From Campylobacterota bacterium (GTDB lineage: Bacteria; Campylobacterota; Campylobacteria; Campylobacterales; Arcobacteraceae), in the NCBI GenBank assembly GCA_051746405.1, contig JBNJFB010000005.1, forward strand, positions 9,914 through 73,913: DNA of 64,000 nt, given 5' to 3'. The notes under the pieces were generated by a model that ran no database searches, was not told the DNA's origin, and worked only from the letters and a program-made list of their open reading frames with translations. The translations under genes were made by a program, and so were the position numbers. Below, in pieces: positions 9,520 to 20,227 of this stretch. How positions within the stretch are numbered: position 1 is the stretch's first letter; every line of letters starts with the position of its first letter.

Positions 9520-10547
9520 ACGCTATGAATTGTATCATTGATTACTCCAAACTCAATAGCTTCTATGTCAAAGCTTCCAAAATACCTAGCATCACTCGTA
9601 CCACCTGCAGTTGAGTGTTTTGTAGTAACTCCTGTGATTTCTTTGATAGAGTTTTCCATAGCTTTTACTACTTTTGATTCTTTATTTGTTACAAATGGAA
9701 ATGACCTTTGTGTTGTGTAAAAGTCATACTCTAAGCCCTTTAAATTTTTATGAATAAACTCTTCTACTTTTTCTCTTGTGGTGTTTGTTGAGTTTCTTAC
9801 ATTGAACATTAGTTTTAAGTTATCAGGTGTTACGTTGGTAACTTGTGTACCACCTCTTATATCAGTTATTACCATCTTACTTGGTGCAAAGTACTCATCA
9901 CCATCATCTAGGTTATGTCCTGCTATTTTTGGTAATACATGTGCAAAATTATGTACTGGATTTATACATTTTACTGGATAAGCTGCGTGTCCTTGCTTTC
10001 CTTTTATAGTGATGTATCCATTGATACTTCCTCTTCTTCCTACTTTTATAGCATCCCCAAAAACTTGCTCACAAGTTGGTTCTGCTACTACTGCATATTG
10101 AGGAATCATATCTATTTTTTTTAAATGCTCTAACATTTTAATAGTTCCATAAGTGCCCTCACCCTCTTCATCAGAAGTCATAAGAATACTAAGAGTTCCA
10201 TCAAAGTTTTGTGCATGTTTACAAGCATATAAAAAAGCAGCATCACCACTTTTCATATCTTGCGTTCCCCTAGCAGTTATCACACCATTTTTTATATCAG
10301 CAGCAAAAGGATCAACATCCCAACCCTCACCTGGAGGTACCACATCTATATGACCTGCAAAACATAAGTGTTGTGGATTGTCGTTGAACTTCTTATAATA
10401 AAATCTATTTTTTACACCTTCCATATCAACACTAATACACTCCCACGTATCACCTAAATACTCTTTTATAAAATCAAACGCCCCATCATCATCAGGAGTA
10501 ATTGATTTAAATCTTAATAATTTTTGAAATAATTCTATTATTGTCAT
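9447..10547 (-). CDS. dapE: Succinyl-diaminopimelate desuccinylase
   Basis: FAGHIDVVP, RGTQDMK, SDEEG, GRRGS, GHAAYP and GGTSDAR. Confidence 0.95.
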   Translation of the reverse strand: MTIIELFQKLLRFKSITPDDDGAFDFIKEYLGDTWECISVDMEGVKNRFYYKKFNDNPQHLCFAGHIDVVPPGEGWDVDPFAADIKNGVITARGTQDMKSGDAAFLYACKHAQNFDGTLSILMTSDEEGEGTYGTIKMLEHLKKIDMIPQYAVVAEPTCEQVFGDAIKVGRRGSINGYITIKGKQGHAAYPVKCINPVHNFAHVLPKIAGHNLDDGDEYFAPSKMVITDIRGGTQVTNVTPDNLKLMFNVRNSTNTTREKVEEFIHKNLKGLEYDFYTTQRSFPFVTNKESKVVKAMENSIKEITGVTTKHSTAGGTSDARYFGSFDIEAIEFGVINDTIHSVGERTTVKEVEDLTAVYVDLIKRF

Positions 10548-10573
10548 TTAATTCCTTTTTTATACAATGTGAT

Positions 10574-10605
10574 TGTAACAAAAATGTGATTTATTTTGCT
10601 ATAAT
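10574..10605 (+). promoter_or_regulatory. Direct-repeat box plus extended -10 for the DUF748 gene
   Basis: TGTAACAAAAATGTGAT (10574-10590), then TATAAT at 10600-10605 preceded by TG (9-bp spacing). Confidence 0.5.
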
Positions 10606-10647
10606 AATTAAATCCCTAAAAAGTTATAATTAAAAAAAGGTCCTAAT

Positions 10648-13512
10648 ATGAGTAGATTTGATAAAGTATTCTATTTCGTTTTTATAGTTTTTACTATTTA
10701 TGTATCAGTTGGTTTTAAACTAATACCTTATATTGCACAAGAGCAGTTAGTAAAAAACTTAAACAATAATTTAACCTTAAAAACCCATATTGAAAAAGTT
10801 GATTTTAATCCCTTTACTTTTAGTATAAAAATAGATGATTTCAAACTTGGTGATTATAAAAATCCTACTATATCTTTTCAAGAGCTTATATTAGATGTTG
10901 GAGGTTTTAAATCACTTCTTGATATGCACGTAAATATTGAAAATATCACCCTAAAGCAAGCTTTTGTAGATGTGATACAATACGAAGATGACAGTATAAA
11001 CCTAACAAAGCTTTTAAAACAAAAAGAGAATAAACCAAAACAAAATAATAAAAACAGTAGTAGTGATATTAAGTTTTTAATCTCAAAAATATCATTACTA
11101 AACTCAAATATAAACTTTACAAAACAAAAAGAGAATAAACCTTTTTTATTTACCTTAGATAATATAAACTACACTATTCATGATTTAGGTACATTTAAAA
11201 ATCCATTAACCTCAAATAACTTATCAATAGACATAAACAAAAATGCAAAATTGATTCTAAAAGGTGCATTACGATTAGAACCATTTTCTATGTATGGAAA
11301 AGTAAGCTTATCTAATTTAGAGCTTAAAAAGCTTTTAGACTACAAAAAGGAGATGCTAAACTTCACTTTAGATAAAAATGCAAACTTTGATACAGTAGTT
11401 AATTTTGATATTAGTAAAAAAGATGAGTTTAAACTAAAACTTAATACCGATAAATTTCTATTATCAAATTTAAATATTAACAGTAATAAAAATAGTGTTT
11501 TAAAACTAGAAAAATTTGATATTAGTAAAATCAACTTTGATTTAAATAAACAAGACATAAAAGTATCAAATATAGAGTTTACAAAACCAGAAGTAAACCT
11601 AATTCAAGATAAAGATGGACTAAATATCTCAAATCTTATTAATAAAACAGAAATCAAAGATGAAAAAAACAAGACAAAACAAGAAAATACAAACACTGAA
11701 AACAATTGGGATATTATGTTAAGTAATATAAAGCTTAATAACTCTACTTTTAAATTTGAAGATAAGAAAAATAAAATAGCTATAGATGTAAATGATTTAA
11801 TTGTAAATCTAAATAGTATAAAACTTATTGATAATAAAATAGATATAAATAAAATAGTTTCAGATACTAAATCAATTAATATAAATCAAATAAAACAGAA
11901 ACAAAAAATTAATATAAAAGATATTGGTTTAGATATAGAAGATATTTATCTAAACAACCAAAATATAGATATTGAAAAACTGCAACTATCAAAACCATCA
12001 TTTAAGCTTGAAAACCAAAAAACAAATAGCTTAATAAAAGCAGAAAATATAGATATTTTTGCAAATAAAATAACAAAAAATGAAAAACTAATAAAAGTAG
12101 ATCAAGTAAAGTTAAATGAACCTGCTTTAAGTATCTATAATAGTAAAGATAAAACTAAAATCAACACTTCAAATATTAATATAATAGTTAATAATATAAA
12201 AAGATATGATAATGGACTTTTAAGTGTTGGGAATACAAATATAAAAAATCCAAAAATAGAAATATCTCTTCTTAGAAAAACACAGAGTAAAACTGAACCT
12301 GAAACTAAAAAGAGTGTTGCAAAAAAAGAAGATAGCCCTAAATTTGATATTGGTACAGTAAGTATTAATAATGCTCAATTACAGTTTGAAGATGAAAATC
12401 TACCAATACCTTTTAAAACTACAATATCAAAACTAAACGGTGAAATATCTAAGTTTGATACAACAAAAGCAAGCAAAACAGATTTAAAAGTAAATGGTGT
12501 AGTAAATAAGTATGGTATAGCAAAAATCACAGGTATTGTAAATCCACAAGATATAAAAATCTTAACAGATATAAATATGATATTTAAAAATATTTCTATG
12601 AAAAGCTTTACTCCTTATACTTCAAGATATATAGGAAGACAAATAGATGGAGGGAAACTTGATTTAAATCTAAAATATAATATTGAAAAATCAAACCTAG
12701 ATGCAAAAAACTCAATTGTTATTACAAAGATTGAACTAGGTGATGAAGTAAAAAGTGATGATGCAGTTTCATTACCTCTTGGACTAGCTATTGCACTACT
12801 TGAAAATAGAAATGGTGTTATAGACTTAGATATTCCTGTATCAGGAAATATTGATGACCCAAAATTTGAGATTGGCTCAATTGTTTGGAAAGCCTTTTCA
12901 AACTTGATAATGAAAGCTGTAACAGCACCATTTTCACTTCTTGGAGCTATGTTTGGATTTGATGAAAATGAGATAAAATCTGTAAGCTTTGATTATGGAC
13001 AAAAAGTGATTTCTCCACTACAAAAAGAGACATTAGATAAAATCACTAAAATACTTAAAAAAAGACCAAACTTAGCACTGAAACTATCTCCTACCTATGA
13101 TAAGAATAAAGATTTGGAAGCACTACAAATACAAAGCTTTAAGGAGTTTATAGAAAACAAAATTCCAAATAAGCAAATAGAGAACTATGAGACTAAATAC
13201 CAAACTATTTTAGAAAAACAGTACCTAAAGTATAACAAAAACTTAGATATAAAAAATCAGTTTGTAGATAATAAAAAGCTTAACTATCAAGCCTATACAA
13301 AAAGATTAAAAGAGATACTATTAGAAAAACAGAATATTACTAAGAAGGATTTAGAAAAAATAGGTAAAAGTAGAGTCAAAAGTATTAAAGACTATTTAAT
13401 ACAAAATAATAAAGTAGGACAAAAGCAGGTAATTATTCAAGATAAAATTGATATATTAAATAATAGTACTGATAATTTAAATATATCAATAGAGCTTTCA
13501 AATATAAATTAA
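10648..13512 (+). CDS. DUF748 (AsmA-like) envelope protein
   Basis: N-terminal membrane anchor, FNPFT motif, repeated beta-rich segments and LPLGLAIALLENRNGVIDLDIPVSG. Confidence 0.8.
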   Translation: MSRFDKVFYFVFIVFTIYVSVGFKLIPYIAQEQLVKNLNNNLTLKTHIEKVDFNPFTFSIKIDDFKLGDYKNPTISFQELILDVGGFKSLLDMHVNIENITLKQAFVDVIQYEDDSINLTKLLKQKENKPKQNNKNSSSDIKFLISKISLLNSNINFTKQKENKPFLFTLDNINYTIHDLGTFKNPLTSNNLSIDINKNAKLILKGALRLEPFSMYGKVSLSNLELKKLLDYKKEMLNFTLDKNANFDTVVNFDISKKDEFKLKLNTDKFLLSNLNINSNKNSVLKLEKFDISKINFDLNKQDIKVSNIEFTKPEVNLIQDKDGLNISNLINKTEIKDEKNKTKQENTNTENNWDIMLSNIKLNNSTFKFEDKKNKIAIDVNDLIVNLNSIKLIDNKIDINKIVSDTKSININQIKQKQKINIKDIGLDIEDIYLNNQNIDIEKLQLSKPSFKLENQKTNSLIKAENIDIFANKITKNEKLIKVDQVKLNEPALSIYNSKDKTKINTSNINIIVNNIKRYDNGLLSVGNTNIKNPKIEISLLRKTQSKTEPETKKSVAKKEDSPKFDIGTVSINNAQLQFEDENLPIPFKTTISKLNGEISKFDTTKASKTDLKVNGVVNKYGIAKITGIVNPQDIKILTDINMIFKNISMKSFTPYTSRYIGRQIDGGKLDLNLKYNIEKSNLDAKNSIVITKIELGDEVKSDDAVSLPLGLAIALLENRNGVIDLDIPVSGNIDDPKFEIGSIVWKAFSNLIMKAVTAPFSLLGAMFGFDENEIKSVSFDYGQKVISPLQKETLDKITKILKKRPNLALKLSPTYDKNKDLEALQIQSFKEFIENKIPNKQIENYETKYQTILEKQYLKYNKNLDIKNQFVDNKKLNYQAYTKRLKEILLEKQNITKKDLEKIGKSRVKSIKDYLIQNNKVGQKQVIIQDKIDILNNSTDNLNISIELSNIN

Positions 13513-13593
13513 TATAAGTATTACTTATATATTATAAAGAGTTTCTTAATAATAATTAGTTATAATAGTACAAAACTAATATAAGGAACTCTT

Positions 13594-14148
13594 ATGAAAT
13601 ACGCACTATACGGAATATTGATTTTTATCATAGGTTTTATTGTATATGGTGTTTTCACACAAATAAAAAAAACCACATCTTTTGATTCAAAAAGAGTTAG
13701 TTGTCAAGAGAAAACAACAACTTTTGAGAATATAAATACACAGCAACCAATAAAAAAAGCTATTAAGATTTTTGAATCAAACAACTTTGAAATTGATGGT
13801 TATATTGACTATTCAAAATTTATGAGTAGTAATATTGAAGGTAAAATTACATCTCAAGATATAAAACAAAGAATAATAAAAATAGCAAAAGAGTTTACCA
13901 TAGAAAATAGTAAACTAAATACTCAAAACCAACTTGATATTGATTTTTACATATATGAAAATGATAAGGAAGATAGCAGAAAAAAAGGTGATAACTGTAA
14001 ACTCTATGCAGGGTATATAGTACTTGATTTTTTATTAAATAAAAAGTCAGTTTATAAAATCCAAATAGACTATATGGAAAATGATACAAGCGATTTAGAT
14101 GAGAGAATTAACTGTGCATTTAAATCATTTATATCACTTAAAAATTAG
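13594..14148 (+). CDS. Membrane-anchored hypothetical protein
   Basis: 184-aa ORF with a ribosome-binding site (AAGGA) and an N-terminal hydrophobic helix. Confidence 0.6.
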   Translation: MKYALYGILIFIIGFIVYGVFTQIKKTTSFDSKRVSCQEKTTTFENINTQQPIKKAIKIFESNNFEIDGYIDYSKFMSSNIEGKITSQDIKQRIIKIAKEFTIENSKLNTQNQLDIDFYIYENDKEDSRKKGDNCKLYAGYIVLDFLLNKKSVYKIQIDYMENDTSDLDERINCAFKSFISLKN

Positions 14149-14149
14149 T

Positions 14150-16354
14150 TTAAAACTTTATTACCTTTGCACCAAATCCACCTGAAGAGGGATGAGCATC
14201 CTTATAGCTACTAACGCTTGGATGTTTATCCAAAAACTGCTTTACTGCATAAGATAGCTTTCCTGTTCCAATTCCATGGTAAACCAAAACTTCATCAAAA
14301 CCAGCTAAAAGTGAATCAGATATAAACTTATCTAAGTTATCTATTGCTTCATCTGCTCTTTGTCCATGTAAGTCCAACTTCACGTGACCTGATTTAGGTT
14401 TTTCAATATTAACTACGGCTTTTTTAGGTATTGGCTTAGGCTTTATTTCATTACCACTTTTTCTAAGGTCTGATAGATTAACTTGAATCTTCATTCCCAT
14501 ATCATTTTCAATAAATGCTTTCTTACCTCTTATTGAAAGAATAGTTCCTTTTGTACTTCTATACTTTACCCTATCTGCTACTTTTAAATCTTCAGGTTCT
14601 ACTACTTTCTTAGTTTTAATTTCACTAGCTTTTTGATGGGAAATATTTAAGTGCCTATGCCCCTCTTTTGAAATTTTTGCTTTTATTGCTTTTTTAGCTT
14701 CATTTCTTGCATCTGTGTACTCCTTATGAAGCTTTGATTTTTCAGAGTAAACTCTTTCATCTAAACTCTCTTTTTCCTCTTTTAAAATTCTATTTAATTT
14801 TTCATGATTCTTTATTTGCTCATCTAAATTTTGTATTTTTAGCTTATACTCCCTTTCAAGTTCACTACTTCTTTCTATAAGCTCATTTAGTTTATCTTTA
14901 TCTTCACCATAAACATCTTTTGCTTTTTTAATAACATTTTGAGGAATACCATATCTTAAAGCTGTTTCAAACGCGTAAGATTTTCCGATAGTTCCTTGTA
15001 AAAACTCATAAGTAGGTTTTTGATTTGCTTCATCATAAAGTGCTGCTATTAGCTCAACTTGCTCATTTGAAGCCATTAGTGCTGCTAATCTTTTATGGTG
15101 AGTTGTTATAATTATTTTTATATCTTTTTTTATTAAATCTTCAATAATAACTTTAAATAAGCTAGCAGCTTCGTCTGAATCTGTACCTAACTCTATTTCA
15201 TCAACTCCTACAATAGAGTTTCTTGCAGTAAATAGTTTTGAGAACTCAACCATTCTACCTGCAAATGTTGAAATATCATTTTTAACACTTTGAGGGTCAT
15301 CAAGCACTGCTTTTATAGACTTATAACTTCCTATAATACTATCTTTTGAAGCCCTATATGGAAGTAAGTATTTTGATAAAAATACAGCAGATAGTATTGA
15401 TTTTAGCATCATAGTTTTACCACCTGCATTTACCCCTGTAATCATAATAACAGATTTTGAGAAATCAACTGATATTGGTTTTGCACCATGTAGTGCTGGA
15501 TGATAGAAATCTATAAGCCTATTTTGCTTTTTTTTAGATGGCAAAATAAAGTTTCTATCATTTGCTTTTGCAAAGTTTAGTCTTGCTTGATAGTGATCAA
15601 ATCTATCAAACTCTTTATTTAAAAACTTCAAAAACAGTAGTTTCTTTTCAAATAGTGAACTAATCTGCCTACATATTCTTAAAAGAATCTCTTCTTGCTT
15701 ATTTTTTAAGTCATTTTGTCTCTGTTTTAGTTCACTAACACTATGGGGAATCACATAAAAAAAGCCTGAGTTTGACCTATTAATAACTTGACCTTTTAAG
15801 ACGTGATTAAACCCACCCCTTACAAGTAAACACTCTTCACCATTTACAAAATGAACTTGTGAATCTACTAAGTATGTTCTTATTTTATTTGTATTTATAA
15901 TTTTATAAAGGCTTTGTTTAATTTGATCTTTATTTTTTAAGATAGCTTTTTTAACACTATCATAGTCACTATCAACACCATCTTTTAAATTTGATTTCTC
16001 ATCAAAATATTCACAAATATCTTTAATTTCGCTTGGTATTATTATCTTATCAAGCCATTGTGCCATCTTATCTTCAAAGTCAAATCTTTTTAAATATAAA
16101 AAATAGTTAATTATTTTTATAAATTCATAAATCTCATAAGATTTTAATATACCCTGCTTTTGTATATGAATAAGTTGTTTATCTAAGTTCTCTACTTTTT
16201 TAGGAGCAGTTAGTTCATATTTTTCTAACTCTTCAATAAGTTTAAAGTGAATATTTATATCCCCTTCTAATATTATTGATTTTTCCCTTGCTAAATACTC
16301 TTTAAAAGAGTCTATATAATCATTTAAATCTAGTTTTTTTAATATTTTTTGCAT
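14150..16354 (-). CDS. mutS2: Endonuclease MutS2
   Basis: Walker A TGVNAGGKT, DEIELGTD, TTHH and a C-terminal Smr domain (LDLHG...HGIGTG). Confidence 0.93.
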   Translation of the reverse strand: MQKILKKLDLNDYIDSFKEYLAREKSIILEGDINIHFKLIEELEKYELTAPKKVENLDKQLIHIQKQGILKSYEIYEFIKIINYFLYLKRFDFEDKMAQWLDKIIIPSEIKDICEYFDEKSNLKDGVDSDYDSVKKAILKNKDQIKQSLYKIINTNKIRTYLVDSQVHFVNGEECLLVRGGFNHVLKGQVINRSNSGFFYVIPHSVSELKQRQNDLKNKQEEILLRICRQISSLFEKKLLFLKFLNKEFDRFDHYQARLNFAKANDRNFILPSKKKQNRLIDFYHPALHGAKPISVDFSKSVIMITGVNAGGKTMMLKSILSAVFLSKYLLPYRASKDSIIGSYKSIKAVLDDPQSVKNDISTFAGRMVEFSKLFTARNSIVGVDEIELGTDSDEAASLFKVIIEDLIKKDIKIIITTHHKRLAALMASNEQVELIAALYDEANQKPTYEFLQGTIGKSYAFETALRYGIPQNVIKKAKDVYGEDKDKLNELIERSSELEREYKLKIQNLDEQIKNHEKLNRILKEEKESLDERVYSEKSKLHKEYTDARNEAKKAIKAKISKEGHRHLNISHQKASEIKTKKVVEPEDLKVADRVKYRSTKGTILSIRGKKAFIENDMGMKIQVNLSDLRKSGNEIKPKPIPKKAVVNIEKPKSGHVKLDLHGQRADEAIDNLDKFISDSLLAGFDEVLVYHGIGTGKLSYAVKQFLDKHPSVSSYKDAHPSSGGFGAKVIKF

Positions 16355-16400
16355 TTTGAAATTATAGCCAAAAGGCTATAATATCTTCTTTATGTAAGAT

Positions 16401-16940
16401 CTATTTTTTCTTTGGTCTAAATGGTTTAATAATATCTTCATTACAAACCATATATGGACCTTCCATTAAATCTATACAATAAGGAATTGCTGGGAATACT
16501 GCATCTAAACACTCTCTTATTGATTTTGGTTTTCCAGGAAGATTTACTATAAGTGAATTTTTTCTAAGCCCTGCTGTTTGTCTTGATAAAATAGCTGTTG
16601 GTACAAACTTTAAAGACTCAGCTCTCATAAGTTCACCAAACCCAGGCATCATTCTATCACATACAGCTTCAGTTGCTTCAGGTGTCACATCCCTAGCAGC
16701 AGGTCCTGTTCCACCTGTTGTTACTACTAAACAACAGTTTTGTTCATCAACTAACTCTTTTAATGTATCTTCGATAGTTTTTTGGTCATCTTCAATACAT
16801 CTATAAACACTCTGCCACGGTGAAGTTAGATACTCACTCATTGTTTTTTCAATTGCTTTCCCACTTATATCTTCGTACTCACCTTTACTAGCTCTATCAC
16901 TAGCTGTAATAATTCCAATTTTTGCTATTTGCTCACTCAT
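16401..16940 (-). CDS. mog: Molybdopterin adenylyltransferase
   Basis: SDRAS, TTGGTGPAARDVTPEAT and NLPGKP. Confidence 0.95.
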   Translation of the reverse strand: MSEQIAKIGIITASDRASKGEYEDISGKAIEKTMSEYLTSPWQSVYRCIEDDQKTIEDTLKELVDEQNCCLVVTTGGTGPAARDVTPEATEAVCDRMMPGFGELMRAESLKFVPTAILSRQTAGLRKNSLIVNLPGKPKSIRECLDAVFPAIPYCIDLMEGPYMVCNEDIIKPFRPKKK

Positions 16941-16962
16941 ATAACTCCTTTTTGTTTAAATA

Positions 16963-17478
16963 TTATAAAATATGCCCTCTATTTTTTATAAAATATACTG
17001 TTGCAAAACTCTTAAAGAAACTACAAGCCTCTTTTGCATCAATTATTTTATCATCACTTCCTAAATAAACTTCTATTTTTACACCTTTTTTCACAAGCTC
17101 TCTAAGGCTATCTTCACTCCATTGATAGTGTAGTAACTCATCTAGTTGTTTATAACTACCTTGTATAAAAAAACTAGAAATATCTTTATTATCTGGATAA
17201 GTTACATTTTTTAAAAAGTTTTTACCATAAGCTTTTTTATCTTTTTTAAAAAACATCAGTTGCATTCTTCTAAACTTTTCATTTTGAGTTTGAAAAAAAG
17301 CAGGAGAGAAAAGCTGTAACCTATCAACTCTTTTATTTGTATTATAAACCTCTTCAAAAGCTTTTATAGCACCATAAGAAAATCCTGATACGGTAAACTC
17401 ATTTTGTATTAGGTACTCTTTAAAAAGCTCTTTTTCATTAGCTAAACAAAAACCTGAAAAATATTTTTTAGATATCAT
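16963..17478 (-). CDS. bioV: Pimeloyl-ACP methyl ester esterase BioV
   Basis: YFSGFC start, GFSYG nucleophile elbow, LFSPAFF, C-terminal GHIL, and its position next to the FtsH-like gene and mog. Confidence 0.75.
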   Translation of the reverse strand: MISKKYFSGFCLANEKELFKEYLIQNEFTVSGFSYGAIKAFEEVYNTNKRVDRLQLFSPAFFQTQNEKFRRMQLMFFKKDKKAYGKNFLKNVTYPDNKDISSFFIQGSYKQLDELLHYQWSEDSLRELVKKGVKIEVYLGSDDKIIDAKEACSFFKSFATVYFIKNRGHIL

Positions 17479-18955
17479 CTTCTAAGATAACCTCATTTTT
17501 GAGCATAATATTTTTTAGTCTCTCAATTTCAACCGCATTATGAGATAATTCCGCTCTTAAATCATTTTTAATATTTGTAATTAAATCTTCTACTGAATTT
17601 ACCATCTTATATTTATTAACTATCTCATCTGCTAAATCATAAGCATTTTGTAAATCTTTTTGGTTTATTGCATATTTCTCTTTTTTGATAACTTCAACAC
17701 CAATAACTCCTGCTAAATCTCTTTTTATGTTTTCACATAATTCATTATACGAAGGATAAGTTGAATCAAGTTTTTTAACAGTTTCATCAAATAGTGCAAC
17801 TTTTGATTTTGCTATAAACGCTTTTGAAGCTTGATATATACATAAAATATCTTTTTGTTTCTCATCAAGTATTTTTATCTGTTTTTTTCCAAACTCTAAT
17901 TTATTTTTAGCTATTTCAATATCATCACTTGTTAATATTTTTGAATTACTCTTTATCATATTTAGTAAAGCTTCATTTATAAGAGTTGATAAGGTTGCTG
18001 AACTAAACCCTGAAGTATCTTGTGCTAAACTATCTATATTTATTTCATGATTTTTATGTTTTAAGTAAAGCTCTAAAATATTTTTTCTATCATTTATATT
18101 TGGTAATGATACATGAACTCTTCTATCAAACCTTCCAGCTCTTAAAAGTGCATCATCTAAAACCCCTATTTTATTTGTTGCAGCTATTACTATTACTCCA
18201 CTATCACCATCAAAACCATCCATTTGTGTTAAAAGTTCATTTAGTGTAGCTTCTCTTTCATCATTTGACTTTCCACTTCTTTTCTTACCAACTGCATCAA
18301 TCTCATCAATAAAAACAATAGCAGGAGCGGTAGCTTTTGCCTTTGCAAAAAGTTCACGTACTTTCTTTGCACCCATTCCCACATATATTTGAACAAAACT
18401 AGAACCACTTTGGTAAAAAAATGGTACATCCGCTTCACCTGCAACTGCTCTTGCAATAAGAGTTTTACCAACACCAGGAGGTCCAACTAAAAGAACACCT
18501 TTTGGAAGTTTTACTCCATGTTTTATAAATTTTTTGGGTTTATTTAAAAACTCCACAACCTCTTCTAACTCTTCTTTTATCTCACTAATTCCAGCCACAT
18601 CATTAAAAGTAATATTTGAAGTTACAGCTTGAATATTACTACTAAAATCATTTGAAGCTTTTGCTCTTGATTTTATTAGCTCTTCATCAAAGGCCTTGCT
18701 AGCTTTTTTACCACCTTTTTTTTTATCAAGGTAGGCTTTTATTTTTGTTTCATTTACTTTTAAAACAAATGCAAAAACTAAAAGCAAAAATAGGAATCCT
18801 ATTCCTAAATAGTAAGAGGTATTTTGTATATGAGCATTGCTTTTATATAATGTATAAACAAACAGTACAAGAAGTACTGTAGCAGACATTATCATAAGTT
18901 TCAAGTTTTTATCTACACTGTTTTTATTATCGTTATTATGTGAATTTTGCAACAT
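17468..18955 (-). CDS. FtsH-like membrane AAA ATPase lacking the HEXXH protease motif (start placed at ATG 18955)
   Basis: Two transmembrane helices, GPPGVGKT, FIDEIDA and LLRAGRFDR; YQASK occupies the HEAGH position. Confidence 0.85.
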   Translation of the reverse strand: MLQNSHNNDNKNSVDKNLKLMIMSATVLLVLFVYTLYKSNAHIQNTSYYLGIGFLFLLLVFAFVLKVNETKIKAYLDKKKGGKKASKAFDEELIKSRAKASNDFSSNIQAVTSNITFNDVAGISEIKEELEEVVEFLNKPKKFIKHGVKLPKGVLLVGPPGVGKTLIARAVAGEADVPFFYQSGSSFVQIYVGMGAKKVRELFAKAKATAPAIVFIDEIDAVGKKRSGKSNDEREATLNELLTQMDGFDGDSGVIVIAATNKIGVLDDALLRAGRFDRRVHVSLPNINDRKNILELYLKHKNHEINIDSLAQDTSGFSSATLSTLINEALLNMIKSNSKILTSDDIEIAKNKLEFGKKQIKILDEKQKDILCIYQASKAFIAKSKVALFDETVKKLDSTYPSYNELCENIKRDLAGVIGVEVIKKEKYAINQKDLQNAYDLADEIVNKYKMVNSVEDLITNIKNDLRAELSHNAVEIERLKNIMLKNEVILEDDI

Positions 18956-20204
18956 TTTTATTAGCCTTTGCTTCATACTTATCAATAAAAATCCAATCAC
19001 CTTTTATATCCACAGGGGATTCAACCTCTATTTGATTAAAAAATTGGTCAAGTCCAACATACTTTCCATTTTTTTGTTGTTCTATTAACACTTCTAATGT
19101 ACTACTATTATTTCTTCTAAAATCTAAATTTTTGTTATTTATAATATCCATCAATTCGTTATAACGTAATTTAGCTATATCACCTCTGATTTGTGGTTTC
19201 ATCTGTGCACTTGGTGTACCATCTCTTTTTGAATAAGTAAAAGCATGTACATGAGTTAGTGGAAATCTATGAAGATTTTCCATAGCCTCTTTCCATAACT
19301 TCTCAGTCTCACCTGGATGCCCTACAATAAAATCAGTACCTAAAGCATATCCGTTATCTCTTAAAAATTCAAATAACTCTAAATCAGACAATACCTTATT
19401 TCTTCTATTCATAATTTTTAGCATCTCTTTAGATGTATGTTGAAGTGCTATATGAAGATGTTTTGACATAAAAGGCTCATTTATTATCTCTTTAAATTCA
19501 TCATCAATTTGAATAGGCTCTATACTTCCCATTCTAATACGTCTAACTCCTTTAATAGCAGACATTTTCTTAATAAGTTTAGCTAGGCTTGTATGCTGTT
19601 TTTTACCATAACTTCCCACATTTGTACCTGTTAAAATAAACTCACCAAAACCATTTGCAGCAAGTGTTGAGATTTGTTCTAAAATTTTATCTTCTTGGTA
19701 ACTTCTAGCATCACCTCTTACATAAGGTATAATACAGTAACTACATCTAAAATCACACCCCTCTTGAATTTTAATAAATGCCCTACTTTTACCCACAAAC
19801 TCTTCAACAATAGTATTATCAATATGCTCTAAATCACCAGCTTGAAAAAATCTCTCTTCTTTTTTTAAAAGCTCGTTAATACCCTCTTTTTCACTATGCC
19901 CAAAAAGTGAGTCAATTTTATTACTTTCATATAAAGACTCACCTTTTGTCCAAACTCCACATCCAGTAAAAACAACTCTTGGTTTATTAGGAAGTTTATT
20001 TAATCCATTTATATAACCCCTGGCAGTTGAATCAGCACCATTTGTAACAGTACATGAGTTTATTACTACTACATTTGCTTCTTTTTCATCTTTTGTAATA
20101 TCAAAATCTTTTAGATTACTCATCATAACTTGTGTATCAAATACATTTGTTCTACAACCAAAAGTTTTAAAAAATACTTTTGGTTTATTACTTGAAAAAT
20201 TCAT
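18936..20204 (-). CDS. mtaB: tRNA ms2t6A methylthiotransferase MtaB
   Basis: TFGCRTN, NSCTVT and the radical-SAM motif CDFRCSYC. Confidence 0.9.
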   Translation of the reverse strand: MNFSSNKPKVFFKTFGCRTNVFDTQVMMSNLKDFDITKDEKEANVVVINSCTVTNGADSTARGYINGLNKLPNKPRVVFTGCGVWTKGESLYESNKIDSLFGHSEKEGINELLKKEERFFQAGDLEHIDNTIVEEFVGKSRAFIKIQEGCDFRCSYCIIPYVRGDARSYQEDKILEQISTLAANGFGEFILTGTNVGSYGKKQHTSLAKLIKKMSAIKGVRRIRMGSIEPIQIDDEFKEIINEPFMSKHLHIALQHTSKEMLKIMNRRNKVLSDLELFEFLRDNGYALGTDFIVGHPGETEKLWKEAMENLHRFPLTHVHAFTYSKRDGTPSAQMKPQIRGDIAKLRYNELMDIINNKNLDFRRNNSSTLEVLIEQQKNGKYVGLDQFFNQIEVESPVDIKGDWIFIDKYEAKANKNVAKFT

Positions 20205-20227
20205 TTTATAAACTTACCTTTAATATC

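Noticed and set aside
11016..11141. 21-bp exact repeat (encoding KQKENKP) inside the DUF748 gene
   Set aside because: A-rich, in-frame and low complexity, with no functional implication evident.
17468..18955. Protease-less FtsH-like ATPase as a novelty
   Set aside because: It sits in the aroB-mscS-mtaB-bioV-mog neighbourhood that I recognise as typical of Campylobacterota, so it is probably an ordinary lineage gene.
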